From: an uncultured Gemmatimonadota bacterium
GTDB taxonomy: Bacteria > GCA-2686955
Direction of reading: 5' to 3'
DNA length: 43,154 nucleotides
Assembly (NCBI GenBank): GCA_964490075.1
Contig: CAZBBK010000047.1
Coordinates: forward strand, 1 to 43,154
The position numbers and the translations under genes were made by a program. Below, piece after piece: positions 18,553 through 27,521 of the stretch. Under the pieces are notes generated by a model. The model had not been told where the DNA came from and ran no database searches. It was given only the letters and a program-made list of their open reading frames with translations. Position 1 is the stretch's first letter; every line of letters begins with the position of its first letter.

Positions 18553-19908
18553 ATGCCCTTGACCTCCTGGACCCCCGATTCCTGGCGCTCCCGCCCGGCC
18601 GCGCAGCAGCCGAAGTACGAGAGCAGCAAGGCACTCGCCGGCGCGCTCGAGAAGATCCGCGACTATCCGCCGCTGATCACCGCCGGCGAGGTGGAGCGCC
18701 TGCGCTCCGAGCTGGCGGCGGCGGCCGAGGGGCGGCGTTTTCTGCTGCAAGGCGGCGATTGCGCGGAGAAGCTCGACGATTGCACCTCCGACCGCATCGC
18801 CAGCAAGCTGAAGATCCTGCTGCAGATGAGCCTGGTGCTCTGCTACGGGCTGAACCGCCCGGTGATCCGCGTGGGGCGCCTGGCGGGGCAGTACGCGAAG
18901 CCTCGCTCCAGCGCCGTGGAGCGCCTGGGCGACAAGGAGATCGCTTCCTATCGCGGCGACCTGGTGAACGACTACCAGCCGGACGAACGGCGCCGCATCC
19001 ACGATCCCGCGCGGCTGGTGGCGGCCTATCAGCACAGCGCGCTCACCCTGAACTTCATCCGCGCGCTGATCGACGGCGGTTTCGCCGACCTGCACCATCC
19101 CGAGTACTGGGACTTGACCGATTTCAAGGGCACCCCGGCAGAAGCGGAGTACCGCCGGGTCGTCGACGCCATTCGCGACTCGATCGGGTTTCTGGAGGGA
19201 CTCGGTGAGGTCGGCGGCGAGATCCTGAACCGCGTGGAGTTCTACACCTCTCACGAGGGACTGCATCTGCCCTACGAAGAGGCCCAGACGCGCACCGTGC
19301 CGCGCCGCGAGGGCCACTACAACCTCGGCGCCCACATGCTCTGGATCGGCGAGCGAACGCGCGGGATCGACGGTGCCCACGTCGAGTTTTTCCGGGGGAT
19401 TCGCAACCCGATCGGGCTGAAGATCGGTCCGAGCTGCCGCCCGGAGGAGGCGGCGCGAGTGGTCGAGCGGCTGAATCCTCTGGGCGAGCCGGGTCGGATC
19501 ACGCTGATCACCCGACTCGGCGTGGACAACGTGAAGCGTTGTCTGCCCCCCTTGGTCCGGGAGCTGCGGGATCTGTCTCCGCCGGTCCTCTGGTGCTGCG
19601 ATCCGATGCACGGCAATGTGATCAAGACCGGCTCGGGGCGCAAGACCCGCTCTTTCGATGCGATCCTCGAAGAGCTGAAGAACACCGTGCGCATCCACGA
19701 CGAGCAGGGAACCGTGCTCGGGGGGGTGCACCTGGAGCTCACCGGAGATCGCGTCACGGAGTGCATCGGCGGGTCTCCGGCTCTGACCGAAGAAGATCTG
19801 GCGCGAAGCTACGAGACCTTCTGCGATCCCCGACTGAACTACTCCCAGAGCCTGGAAGTCGCGTTGCTCTTGGCGCAGCTGCTCGGGCTCTCCAACCGAA
19901 TCGTGTGA
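18553..19908 (+). CDS. Class II 3-deoxy-D-arabino-heptulosonate 7-phosphate (DAHP) synthase
   Basis: FLLQGGDCAE, GRLAGQYAKPRS, YRGD, TSHEGLHL, WIGERTR, DPMHGN, CDPRLN. Confidence 0.95.
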   Translation: MPLTSWTPDSWRSRPAAQQPKYESSKALAGALEKIRDYPPLITAGEVERLRSELAAAAEGRRFLLQGGDCAEKLDDCTSDRIASKLKILLQMSLVLCYGLNRPVIRVGRLAGQYAKPRSSAVERLGDKEIASYRGDLVNDYQPDERRRIHDPARLVAAYQHSALTLNFIRALIDGGFADLHHPEYWDLTDFKGTPAEAEYRRVVDAIRDSIGFLEGLGEVGGEILNRVEFYTSHEGLHLPYEEAQTRTVPRREGHYNLGAHMLWIGERTRGIDGAHVEFFRGIRNPIGLKIGPSCRPEEAARVVERLNPLGEPGRITLITRLGVDNVKRCLPPLVRELRDLSPPVLWCCDPMHGNVIKTGSGRKTRSFDAILEELKNTVRIHDEQGTVLGGVHLELTGDRVTECIGGSPALTEEDLARSYETFCDPRLNYSQSLEVALLLAQLLGLSNRIV

Positions 19909-19914
19909 CCCCAC

Positions 19915-20082
19915 CTTGTTCACCAAATCGCGTAGCGAAACGGCGCAGGTCCGTGCGTGGCCGGCACTTCACGTGCTTGGCGCGCGGAAGCGTAGTTTCA
20001 CCTACGTCGCACCAGCGACAAGTGCGGGAAGTGCCGGCCACGTGCGGACATGCGTCGTTGCAGTAGCGAGTTGGTGAATAAG
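19915..20082 (+). repeat. 168-nt imperfect inverted repeat (long hairpin; candidate structured RNA or MITE-like element)
   Basis: 81-nt arms around a TTTCAC loop; core 19949-19970 pairs with 20028-20049 over 22 nt including G-U pairs. Confidence 0.8.
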
Positions 20083-20093
20083 TTAGGGTGACC

Positions 20094-20456
20094 ATGGCGA
20101 CCACATTCCTCGCATGCGGCGCGATCTCGGCCTTGCTGGCGGTGGCAGCCGGCGCCTTTGGCGCCCACGCCCTGAAGAGCCGACTCGATGCCGAGTCGTT
20201 GGCGATCTTCGAGGTCGCGGTGCGCTACCAGATGTACCACGCGCTGGCGTTGGTCGCCACGGCGTGGGTGATCGATCGGTGGGGGACGGGGCGCGCCGCC
20301 GGCTGGCTCTTCATCGCCGGAACCGTGCTCTTCAGCGGCAGCCTCTACCTCCTGGTCGCCACCGGACGCCGAACCTGGGGTGCCCTCACACCCTTCGGCG
20401 GCGTGGCTTTTCTGCTCGGCTGGGCGGTTCTGGCGCTGGTCGCCCTACGCAGCTGA
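20094..20456 (+). CDS. DUF423 (YgdD/TMEM256) family membrane protein
   Basis: GAFGAHAL, VRYQMYHALA, LFSGSLY, TPFGG. Confidence 0.92.
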   Translation: MATTFLACGAISALLAVAAGAFGAHALKSRLDAESLAIFEVAVRYQMYHALALVATAWVIDRWGTGRAAGWLFIAGTVLFSGSLYLLVATGRRTWGALTPFGGVAFLLGWAVLALVALRS

Positions 20457-20476
20457 GCACGCGCGCGGGGGGGGGG

Positions 20477-22807
20477 TCAGAGAAACTCGGGCGGCACCAG
20501 GGGGCGGGCGGCGCGGAAGCGGGACTCGAGCAGGTTCCGAGCCCGCACCGGACCCTCACGGCGGTCGATCTCGGCGTGCAGGCGCATGCTGGCCCGGGTG
20601 CGATTGAGCTTGCGGCTGGTCTCGGTGACCCGCATCTCGAAGGGAGCGCTGAGCGTGGTCAGCCCGGGGCGGCGGAACAGGTAGAGCGATCGAGCTTTCC
20701 ACGGGTTCTGGTCGTCGGTGCGGTTGAGTGTCTGGCGGTCGACGATGCGCGACTCGTCGCGGCACGAGGCGTGCAGGGCGCGGGCGATCGCACCGGCCTG
20801 TGGGTCGCGCCGCTCTACCTCGTCCAGCATCGCCGTCATCCGCTCTGCGAGGGGCGGCCGGTAGAAGATCTCGGCGCAGGTGCAGATCGGCCGGAGCTGC
20901 TGGATCTCGGTGAAGACCTCGACCGCCTGGGCGAGGTTGCCCCGGGCCAGCAGCAACTTCCCCAGCACCGGCGGCGCGAAGGCGGAGCGGTTCTCGACCG
21001 TTGCGGCCAGCGAGATCGGGCCGACCGCACGCTCCAGCTCGCCGCGGCTCAGGCGCAGCGCCCCCAGATGCAGCGCGTAGCCGGGCGCCGTGGGCGTCGC
21101 CAGCAGCGCCTCCGACAGCAGGCGATCGGCCTGGTCCAGTCGCGCGGGACGCTGCTCCAGCTCCGCCAGGGCCTCGGCCAGCACTCCCGCCTCGAAGCCG
21201 TAGAAGCCGAAACGCGGATCCCACCGGTGGGCCGCCGAGTAGCGGACGAAGGCCTGGTTCAGCGACGCCTGCGTCATCTGCTGGGCCGATGCGAAGGCGG
21301 CGTCGGCGTTCCAGTGGGCAATGTCGGCGCGCAGCAGCATCGGCGCCAGCAGGATCGCGGGCACGTCGAGCAGACCGTAGAGGACGCTTTGCATCGGCTT
21401 CCGCGTCATCGCGCGGGTCTCGTCGTCGTCGATCGCCGGCGCCGGCGCGGCCGGCACCGCGAGCGCCAGACCGAGGATCATGCAGCCGGCGTAGGGCACC
21501 GCGAGTGCCAGGAAGTTCACGTCGGTCAGACATCGAACGCCGTAGGCGACGCCGGCGCCCAGCGCCGCCAAGAGCAGGGTGCGATCGCTGCCGGGGGTGG
21601 TCACGCGCAGCCGGCGGGCGATCGAGGCAAAGGCCAGGGCTCCGGTCAGGGTGACCAGCACGAGTCCGATCAGGCCGGTCTCGTAGGCCACCTGCATCGG
21701 CGTCGAATGCAGATGGGTCACCGCCACTCCCTCGGCCTGGCGCACCACTCGCTGGCGCAGATCGAGAGGGAATGCGAAAGGAGTCATGCCGGTGCCGAAG
21801 CCGATCCAGGGGTGGACCTCGCGAATCCCCGCGATCGCCCCCTTGGCGAACTCGACCCGCTCGGTTCCCGAGCGGTCTCCGGCACCCGACGCCAGCCGCG
21901 TCATGCGATCGGTGAGCGCCCGCCCCGACTCGGTCGACGGCACCGCGATCACCAGCACCAGGAGCAGCACCGCGCCCTTGGCCAGGTGCCCGGCGGCGAT
22001 CCGCGGCCGGCCGAGGGGCGGCCACAGCAGCCCGGCGGCGAGCGGCACCACCACGGCCGCCGCCAGCACCCCCACCACCGATCCCAGCGAACGGGTCGCC
22101 ACCAGGGCCGCCGCGCCGATCAGCGCCGCCACCGCACCGAGCAGGCGCTCCGAGCCGCGGGCGCCGCTCGAGAAGGCGATCGCGGCCTGCAGCGGCAGCA
22201 CCAGCGCGAGAAAGCCCCCCAGCAGATTGTGGTGCCCGAAGGGAGCGCTGGCGCGCGGCGTGAGACCGCGCGACCACTGCACCAGGGCGATCGCCGCCGC
22301 CACCGCACCGAGCAGCGCCACGAAGCTCAGGGCTTGCCGCCGCCGCTGCTCCGAGCCGGAGAGAGCCGAGCAGGTCAGCAGCACCAGAGCCGCGCCCGCC
22401 GCCACCGCCAGAGCCGCCGGCCCGGCGAAGCGCGGGTAGGCCGCGGTGATGGCGCGCAGCTCGACATAGGCGAGCAGCACGATCGCCGCCCTGACGAAGT
22501 GGCGATCCGGCCCCCGAAACAGGTTCTCGAGGGTGCCCAGACGCCGCGCCCCGACGACACAGAGCCCGATCAGGATCAGGTGCTGTCCGCAGGCGACCGG
22601 GAAGGTGGTCGGGCCGTGAAACGTGCCGCCCCAGAGCAGCATGAAGAGCGACAAGCAGACAGTGACGCCGGCGGCGATACGGCCGCGGGTTTCGTCGCCG
22701 AGGGGCGAGATCGACACACGAGGCTCCCGGCCCGCCTGGCAGCCGAGCGGGTGCCTTCGCGAGCAGATGGGCGATCCGATGGGGTCCGGCACCGCGCCGA
22801 ATCCCAA
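20477..22807 (-). CDS. O-antigen ligase (Wzy_C)-like membrane protein with C-terminal TPR-like region
   Basis: Many TM helices; RASAPFGHHNLLGG, TRSLG, PWIGFGTG, HLHSTPMQVAYETGLIG; helical TPR-like tail; start uncertain. Confidence 0.78.
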   Translation of the reverse strand: MGFGAVPDPIGSPICSRRHPLGCQAGREPRVSISPLGDETRGRIAAGVTVCLSLFMLLWGGTFHGPTTFPVACGQHLILIGLCVVGARRLGTLENLFRGPDRHFVRAAIVLLAYVELRAITAAYPRFAGPAALAVAAGAALVLLTCSALSGSEQRRRQALSFVALLGAVAAAIALVQWSRGLTPRASAPFGHHNLLGGFLALVLPLQAAIAFSSGARGSERLLGAVAALIGAAALVATRSLGSVVGVLAAAVVVPLAAGLLWPPLGRPRIAAGHLAKGAVLLLVLVIAVPSTESGRALTDRMTRLASGAGDRSGTERVEFAKGAIAGIREVHPWIGFGTGMTPFAFPLDLRQRVVRQAEGVAVTHLHSTPMQVAYETGLIGLVLVTLTGALAFASIARRLRVTTPGSDRTLLLAALGAGVAYGVRCLTDVNFLALAVPYAGCMILGLALAVPAAPAPAIDDDETRAMTRKPMQSVLYGLLDVPAILLAPMLLRADIAHWNADAAFASAQQMTQASLNQAFVRYSAAHRWDPRFGFYGFEAGVLAEALAELEQRPARLDQADRLLSEALLATPTAPGYALHLGALRLSRGELERAVGPISLAATVENRSAFAPPVLGKLLLARGNLAQAVEVFTEIQQLRPICTCAEIFYRPPLAERMTAMLDEVERRDPQAGAIARALHASCRDESRIVDRQTLNRTDDQNPWKARSLYLFRRPGLTTLSAPFEMRVTETSRKLNRTRASMRLHAEIDRREGPVRARNLLESRFRAARPLVPPEFL

Positions 22808-22908
22808 TGGTCACGAAGACACCGGCGCAGGAAGCGGAGCTCCACGGCATCGATCGGTGTCCCCAAATCCCCGAGAGCTTGCCACCAAAGTGACTCGGAT
22901 GGAAGGGA

Positions 22909-23247
22909 CTACCCGACCAACGCCGCCTCGATGCGTGCTTTCAACCCTCCGGATGCGTCCAGCTCCCTGATGATGTCGCCGCCACCGATCAGCTGCCCCT
23001 GGATGAACACCTGGGGAATGGTCGGCCAGCCGGAGTGTTCGGAGAGCACTTCGCGGATCAGCGGATCGGTCAACACGTCGACCGCCTCGTAACGCACTCC
23101 GATGCGCTCGAAGATCTCCACCACGCCGGCCGAGAATCCACAGCGCGGCGCGTCCGGCGTGCCCTTCATGAAGAGCACCACCGCGTTTTGCTCCAGGCGG
23201 TGCTCGATGTCTTGCAGAATCGTGCCTCTGGTCTCTGAATCGGTCAT
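22909..23247 (-). CDS. grxD: Monothiol glutaredoxin (Grx4 family)
   Basis: VVLFMKGTP..PRCGFS, WPTIPQVFI.G.LIGG.D. Confidence 0.95.
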   Translation of the reverse strand: MTDSETRGTILQDIEHRLEQNAVVLFMKGTPDAPRCGFSAGVVEIFERIGVRYEAVDVLTDPLIREVLSEHSGWPTIPQVFIQGQLIGGGDIIRELDASGGLKARIEAALVG

Positions 23248-23275
23248 TTTGGTCCTCTCGTCTGGATCGATGGTT

Positions 23276-23300
23276 AATCACGACCAATATAGTCCTAATT
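23276..23300. promoter_or_regulatory. IscR/Rrf2-type palindromic operator overlapping a putative grxD promoter
   Basis: AATCACGACCAATATAGTCCTAATT; minus-strand core GACTATATTGGTC matches GACTRWWWYAGTC at 12/13; TAGACG-18-TATATT on the minus strand. Confidence 0.55.
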
Positions 23301-23400
23301 AGTTCGGCGCGTCTACCTTGGCCGAGCCAGTCGTTCTGGCTTATCCTCCTCTCTCCCGACGATCCCCCCGCGCGGCCTCGGCCGCATCTTCCAGGTAGCC

Positions 23401-23922
23401 ATGTCTGTGCTTCATCCTCTCCGCCGAATCCTCGCGCTGACTCTGGTCGCGCTGGCCGTGCTCGCCTCTCCCAGGAGCGCGGCCGCCGAGAAGCTGCCCT
23501 CATTCGATCTGCCCCGTCTCGATGGGTCGGGCAATCTGAAGCTCGAGCAGGTCCTGGGCAAAGGCCCGGTGCTCATCAACTTCTGGGCCTCCTGGTGCCG
23601 GCCCTGTCTGATGGAGGCCCCGGCGCTGATCAAGCTGCACCAGCGCTTCTCTGCCGCCGGCTTCGAGATCGTGGCGATCAGCCTCGATCGGGGGCGCATG
23701 GATCGCGTCAAAGAGATCGTGAAGCGAACCGGCATGCACTACCCGGTGCTCACCGACGAGAAGGCGGTGTTCGCGACCAAGATGAAGGTGGTGTCGATTC
23801 CCACCAGCGTGCTCATCGACTCCGATGGCAACGTCGTGGAGGTCTTCCAGGGCTATCATCCCGGAATCGACCACAAGATCGCCGCGGCGATCGAGAAGCT
23901 GCTCCCGAATCTGAAGTCCTGA
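23401..23922 (+). CDS. TlpA/ResA-family thiol:disulfide oxidoreductase
   Basis: Signal peptide; INFWASWCRPCLME; IPTS cis-Pro motif. Confidence 0.92.
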   Translation: MSVLHPLRRILALTLVALAVLASPRSAAAEKLPSFDLPRLDGSGNLKLEQVLGKGPVLINFWASWCRPCLMEAPALIKLHQRFSAAGFEIVAISLDRGRMDRVKEIVKRTGMHYPVLTDEKAVFATKMKVVSIPTSVLIDSDGNVVEVFQGYHPGIDHKIAAAIEKLLPNLKS

Positions 23923-23955
23923 TCGACCGTCGGGGGCGAAACAGGGGCTCCGGCC

Positions 23956-25866
23956 TTGCCAGCGAGCGATCCGTCCAAATCCCGCACCACGATCAACGTC
24001 TCTGGTGGACGCACACCCAAGTCGCTCACCGGATCGAGGATCACCATCGAGCATCCCGGCGAGCTCGATGTGCTGGCGGTTCCGGCACGCGAGCTGGGCA
24101 TCGAGATCTCGGTGATCGACCGCGAGATGAGGGTGGTCTGGTCGAGCCAGGTGGCGATGCTCGATCGGATGGCCTCGTCCAAGGACGCGCTGCACTGCTT
24201 CGCCGCCAAGTGGGGGCGCTCGAGGCGCTGCCCCGACTGCCTGCCGCTGCTGGTCTTCCGGACCGGAGAAGGCCACGAGGGGCTGCGCGAGCGCGGCCGT
24301 CCCGGTCGACCCAAGCAGGTCTACCGGGTGCACGCGATCCCGATCTACGACCCCTCGGGCGATCTGCGCTGGGTCATGGAATGCACGATCGCCGCGGGGG
24401 CGTCCGCTGCCTCCGCCGCCCCGGAGTGGATCGACAGCCAGATGCTGCTGCGCCTGCCCCAGGCCTCGGGCCGGGCGGTGGTGGTGATCGATTTGAAGGA
24501 CCGCATCGTGAGCTGGAGCCCGGCGGCGACGCTGATCTTCGGCTACGAGCTCGAGGATACCCTCGGGCGCAAGATCGATCTGCTGGTGCCGAGCGATCGC
24601 TTGGATGAGAGCGAGGCCATCGCCGCGCAGCTCACGCGCGATGGGGAGCTGGAGCGGACGGAGACGGTGCGCCGCGCCCGCGACGGGCGACTGATTCCGG
24701 TCGAGCTCAGCGCGCTGGCGTTGCGCGACGAGAAGGGCGAGCTGGTCGGCTACTCATTGGTGTTCGAGGATCTCAGCGCGGTGCGCAAGCTCCGGGATCG
24801 GTTGCAGCGGCAGGAGCAGCTTCTGGCCCATATCACTCGCGACGCCGCCGATCCGATCCTCGGCATGGCCCTGGATGGCACCATCACCAGCTGGAATCGC
24901 GGCGCCGAGCAGCTCTTCGGCTACAGCCAGGCGCGGATTCTCGGCCGCGCTTTGGACACCCTGACCGCTCCCGAGGCGGCGGGTGAGCTGCTCGACCGGG
25001 TCCGCACTGCGTCGCCGGTGCGCGGCCACCGCATGGATTGGCGCGACGCATCCGGACAGCCATTCTCGGTCGACGTGACGGCCGCGCTGCTCGAGGGGAC
25101 TGGCCACGAGGCCCGCGGGATCACCTGCGTGGTGCGCGACTTGACCGGCCAGATCCGCCTGACCCGCCAGATGGTGCGCTCCGAGAAGCTGGCCGCGGTC
25201 GGCAGTCTGGCCGCCGGTCTGGCCCACGAGATCGGCACACCGCTCAACGTAATCAGCGCATCGGTGGAGTACATGCTCCTCGACCTGGCGGAGAACAACC
25301 AGCAACGCGAGGAGCTCGAGAACATCCTCGCCGAGACCGGCCGGATCAGCAAACTGGTGCGCGAGCTGCTCTCGTCGGCCCGCGACACCCACGCTGTCAA
25401 AGAGCCGGTGCACCCCAGCGAAGCGGTCGAGCGGGTGCTGCGCCTGATTCACGGCGCCGCCGAGAAGCGCTCCATCAAGGTCGATGTCGAGGTGTCGCGC
25501 TCGCTGCCCTTGCTGCACGCGCATCCGGACGGCATGCACCAGCTGCTGCTGAATCTGCTGCTGAACGCCATCCACGCGGTGGGGGAGGGGGGCGCGATCA
25601 AGGTGGTGGTCCGGGAGCCGGATCGACCGGGGATTAGCGACGGCGGCACTCTGATCCTGGAGATCCACGACGACGGTCCCGGCGTTCCGGAGGACGTGCG
25701 CGAGAGGATCTTCGATCCTTTCTTCACCACGCGCGGCGATGGAACCGGTCTGGGGCTGGCGGTGTGCAACCGCGTGGTGGCCAGCCATGGCGGAGACATC
25801 CGGGTATGCGACTCCGACCTGGGGGGAGCCTGCTTCGTGGTGCAGCTGCCTCAGGCGGTGGAGTAG
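23956..25866 (+). CDS. Cytoplasmic multi-PAS sensor histidine kinase
   Basis: Three PAS-like domains; SEKLAAVGSLAAGLAHEIGTPL H-box; NAIHA, DDGPG, FDPFFTT, GTGLGL; start uncertain. Confidence 0.93.
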   Translation: MPASDPSKSRTTINVSGGRTPKSLTGSRITIEHPGELDVLAVPARELGIEISVIDREMRVVWSSQVAMLDRMASSKDALHCFAAKWGRSRRCPDCLPLLVFRTGEGHEGLRERGRPGRPKQVYRVHAIPIYDPSGDLRWVMECTIAAGASAASAAPEWIDSQMLLRLPQASGRAVVVIDLKDRIVSWSPAATLIFGYELEDTLGRKIDLLVPSDRLDESEAIAAQLTRDGELERTETVRRARDGRLIPVELSALALRDEKGELVGYSLVFEDLSAVRKLRDRLQRQEQLLAHITRDAADPILGMALDGTITSWNRGAEQLFGYSQARILGRALDTLTAPEAAGELLDRVRTASPVRGHRMDWRDASGQPFSVDVTAALLEGTGHEARGITCVVRDLTGQIRLTRQMVRSEKLAAVGSLAAGLAHEIGTPLNVISASVEYMLLDLAENNQQREELENILAETGRISKLVRELLSSARDTHAVKEPVHPSEAVERVLRLIHGAAEKRSIKVDVEVSRSLPLLHAHPDGMHQLLLNLLLNAIHAVGEGGAIKVVVREPDRPGISDGGTLILEIHDDGPGVPEDVRERIFDPFFTTRGDGTGLGLAVCNRVVASHGGDIRVCDSDLGGACFVVQLPQAVE

Positions 25867-25873
25867 CGGCTCG

Positions 25874-27277
25874 ATGTCGAAGCTGCCGGTGGAGCACGGA
25901 ATCTCGGTGCTGGTGGTCGAGGACGACCAGCGGATGCGTCGCATCCTGACTCGCCACCTGGCGCGTCTGGGCTACCGGGTCGACGGCGCGTCGACCGGAG
26001 GCGAGGCGCTGGCGTCGATCGGAGACACTCCGCCCGATGTGATCCTCTCGGACATCCAGATGCCCGGAATCGACGGCCGCACTCTGCTGGGCATGGCACA
26101 AGAGCGTTTCCCCAGCACCAAGGTGATCCTGATGACCGCCTTCGGCAGCGTCGACGACGCGGTCGAGGCGATGTCGGCCGGCGCCTACTCCTATGTCTGC
26201 AAGCCCTTCAAAGTGGACGAGATCGCGGCCGTGCTGCGCAATGTGTCGCGGGAAGTGTCGCTGCAGCGGCAGGTCGGTGAGCTGCGCAAGGCGGTGCGCG
26301 GGCGTTACGGTGTCGAGCGTCTGATCGGCCGCTCGCCCGAGATGTGTGAGGTGCGGCGCCTGGTCGAGGAGGCGGCGGCGCTCAGCTCCACCGTGCTGGT
26401 CAGCGGGCGCAGCGGCAGCGGCAAGGAGATGGTGGCGCGGGCCATTCACTACCACGGCCCGCGCGCCGCCGGCCCCTTCGTGGCCGTGAACTGCGCCGCG
26501 ATCCCCGACACGCTCTTCGAGAGCGAGGTCTTCGGCCATGTGCGCGGTGCCTTCACCGGAGCCGATCGCGCGCATCGCGGGCTGATCGAGCAGAGCCATG
26601 GCGGTACGCTCTTCCTCGACGAGGTGGCCGAGATGCCGCGCGGCCAGCAGGCCAAGTTCTTGCGGGTGCTCGAAGAGCGCGAGCTGCGCCCACTTGGCGG
26701 CCAGCAGTCGATTCCGGTCGATTTGCGCCTGATCTGCGCCACCAACCGCGACCTGAGCCAGTCGGTCGAGAAGGGCGAGTTCCGAGAGGATCTCTACTAC
26801 CGCCTGGCGGTGCTCAGCATATCCATGCCCGATCTGGCCGAACGACCCGAGGATATCGCGGCGATCGCCGAGCATCTGCTGCTGGAGTTCGCGGCCGAGA
26901 ACGGAATCCCGGGCGCCGGGTTCACCGAGCCGGCCCTGAATGCGTTGCGCAATCGCCCTTGGCGCGGCAACGTACGCGAGCTGCGCAACACCATCGAGCG
27001 CGCCGCGATCCGGGCGCGTGGCCGCCGGGTCGATGTCGGCGATGTGGGTGCGGTGCCGACCCAGGGAAGTCAGGATCGGGCCCCTGGAGAGGCGCCGGGC
27101 AGCGCCGGGGCGATCGCTCCCCTGGTCGAGGTCGAGAAGGAGCACATCTCCAGAGCCCTCGATGCCTGCGGCTGGAACCGCAGCGCCGCGGCCCGCGCCC
27201 TGGGGATCGACCGCCGCACCCTTTTCGCCAAGATCCAGCGCTTCGGGCTGGTAGGACCTCTCCGGCCGCACCCCTAG
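25874..27277 (+). CDS. Sigma54-dependent NtrC-family response regulator
   Basis: REC domain (VEDD, SDIQMP, KP), GRSGSGKE, GAFTGA, LFLDEV, FREDLYYRL, WRGNVREL, Fis-type HTH. Confidence 0.95.
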   Translation: MSKLPVEHGISVLVVEDDQRMRRILTRHLARLGYRVDGASTGGEALASIGDTPPDVILSDIQMPGIDGRTLLGMAQERFPSTKVILMTAFGSVDDAVEAMSAGAYSYVCKPFKVDEIAAVLRNVSREVSLQRQVGELRKAVRGRYGVERLIGRSPEMCEVRRLVEEAAALSSTVLVSGRSGSGKEMVARAIHYHGPRAAGPFVAVNCAAIPDTLFESEVFGHVRGAFTGADRAHRGLIEQSHGGTLFLDEVAEMPRGQQAKFLRVLEERELRPLGGQQSIPVDLRLICATNRDLSQSVEKGEFREDLYYRLAVLSISMPDLAERPEDIAAIAEHLLLEFAAENGIPGAGFTEPALNALRNRPWRGNVRELRNTIERAAIRARGRRVDVGDVGAVPTQGSQDRAPGEAPGSAGAIAPLVEVEKEHISRALDACGWNRSAAARALGIDRRTLFAKIQRFGLVGPLRPHP

Positions 27278-27280
27278 CGA

Positions 27281-27322
27281 CGTACAGAATCGCCCCAGCG
27301 GGCGCCGTACAAATCCGCCCCA
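27281..27322 (+). promoter_or_regulatory. Tandem 17-nt direct repeats, putative enhancer (UAS) sites
   Basis: CGTACAGAATCGCCCCA (27281-27297) and CGTACAAATCCGCCCCA (27306-27322), 14/17 identical, about 90-130 nt upstream of the predicted sigma54 start site. Confidence 0.6.
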
Positions 27323-27383
27323 CCCGCGCTCCGGCGCGTGGTCGTCATCGCTCTAGTACGTTGTCAAGCAGCAAGTTGTGATG

Positions 27384-27399
27384 TGGCTTGCTTTTTGCT
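27384..27399 (+). promoter_or_regulatory. Sigma54 (-24/-12) promoter
   Basis: TGGC-TTGCTTT-TTGCT with exact GG-N10-GC spacing, directly downstream of a GAFTGA activator gene. Confidence 0.8.
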
Positions 27400-27521
27400 C
27401 TCCACGATCGACGCCGCGCGCCGTGACGGAGCGTCGGCGCTGATCCTTCGGTCGTGCACGGATGCCCTCGATGCAGCTTTGCGCCCCCGACTCCCCTCTC
27501 GATCTCGAAGGAACGAGCGAA

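Noticed and set aside
19915-20082. 6S RNA or intrinsic terminator call for the long hairpin
   Set aside because: The size is similar to 6S, but no large central bubble is evident and there is no U-tract; cannot be assigned without an Rfam search.
20467-20476. G10 homopolymer as a phase-variation tract
   Set aside because: It lies between two convergent stop codons, outside coding and promoter sequence.
20114-23092. 992-aa plus-strand ORF
   Set aside because: Antisense shadow of the ligase-like gene and grxD; Arg/Gly-rich with no motifs, typical of high-GC DNA.
27281-27322. Direct repeats as a CRISPR remnant
   Set aside because: Only two 17-nt copies with an 8-nt gap and no cas genes; the position fits sigma54 enhancer sites.
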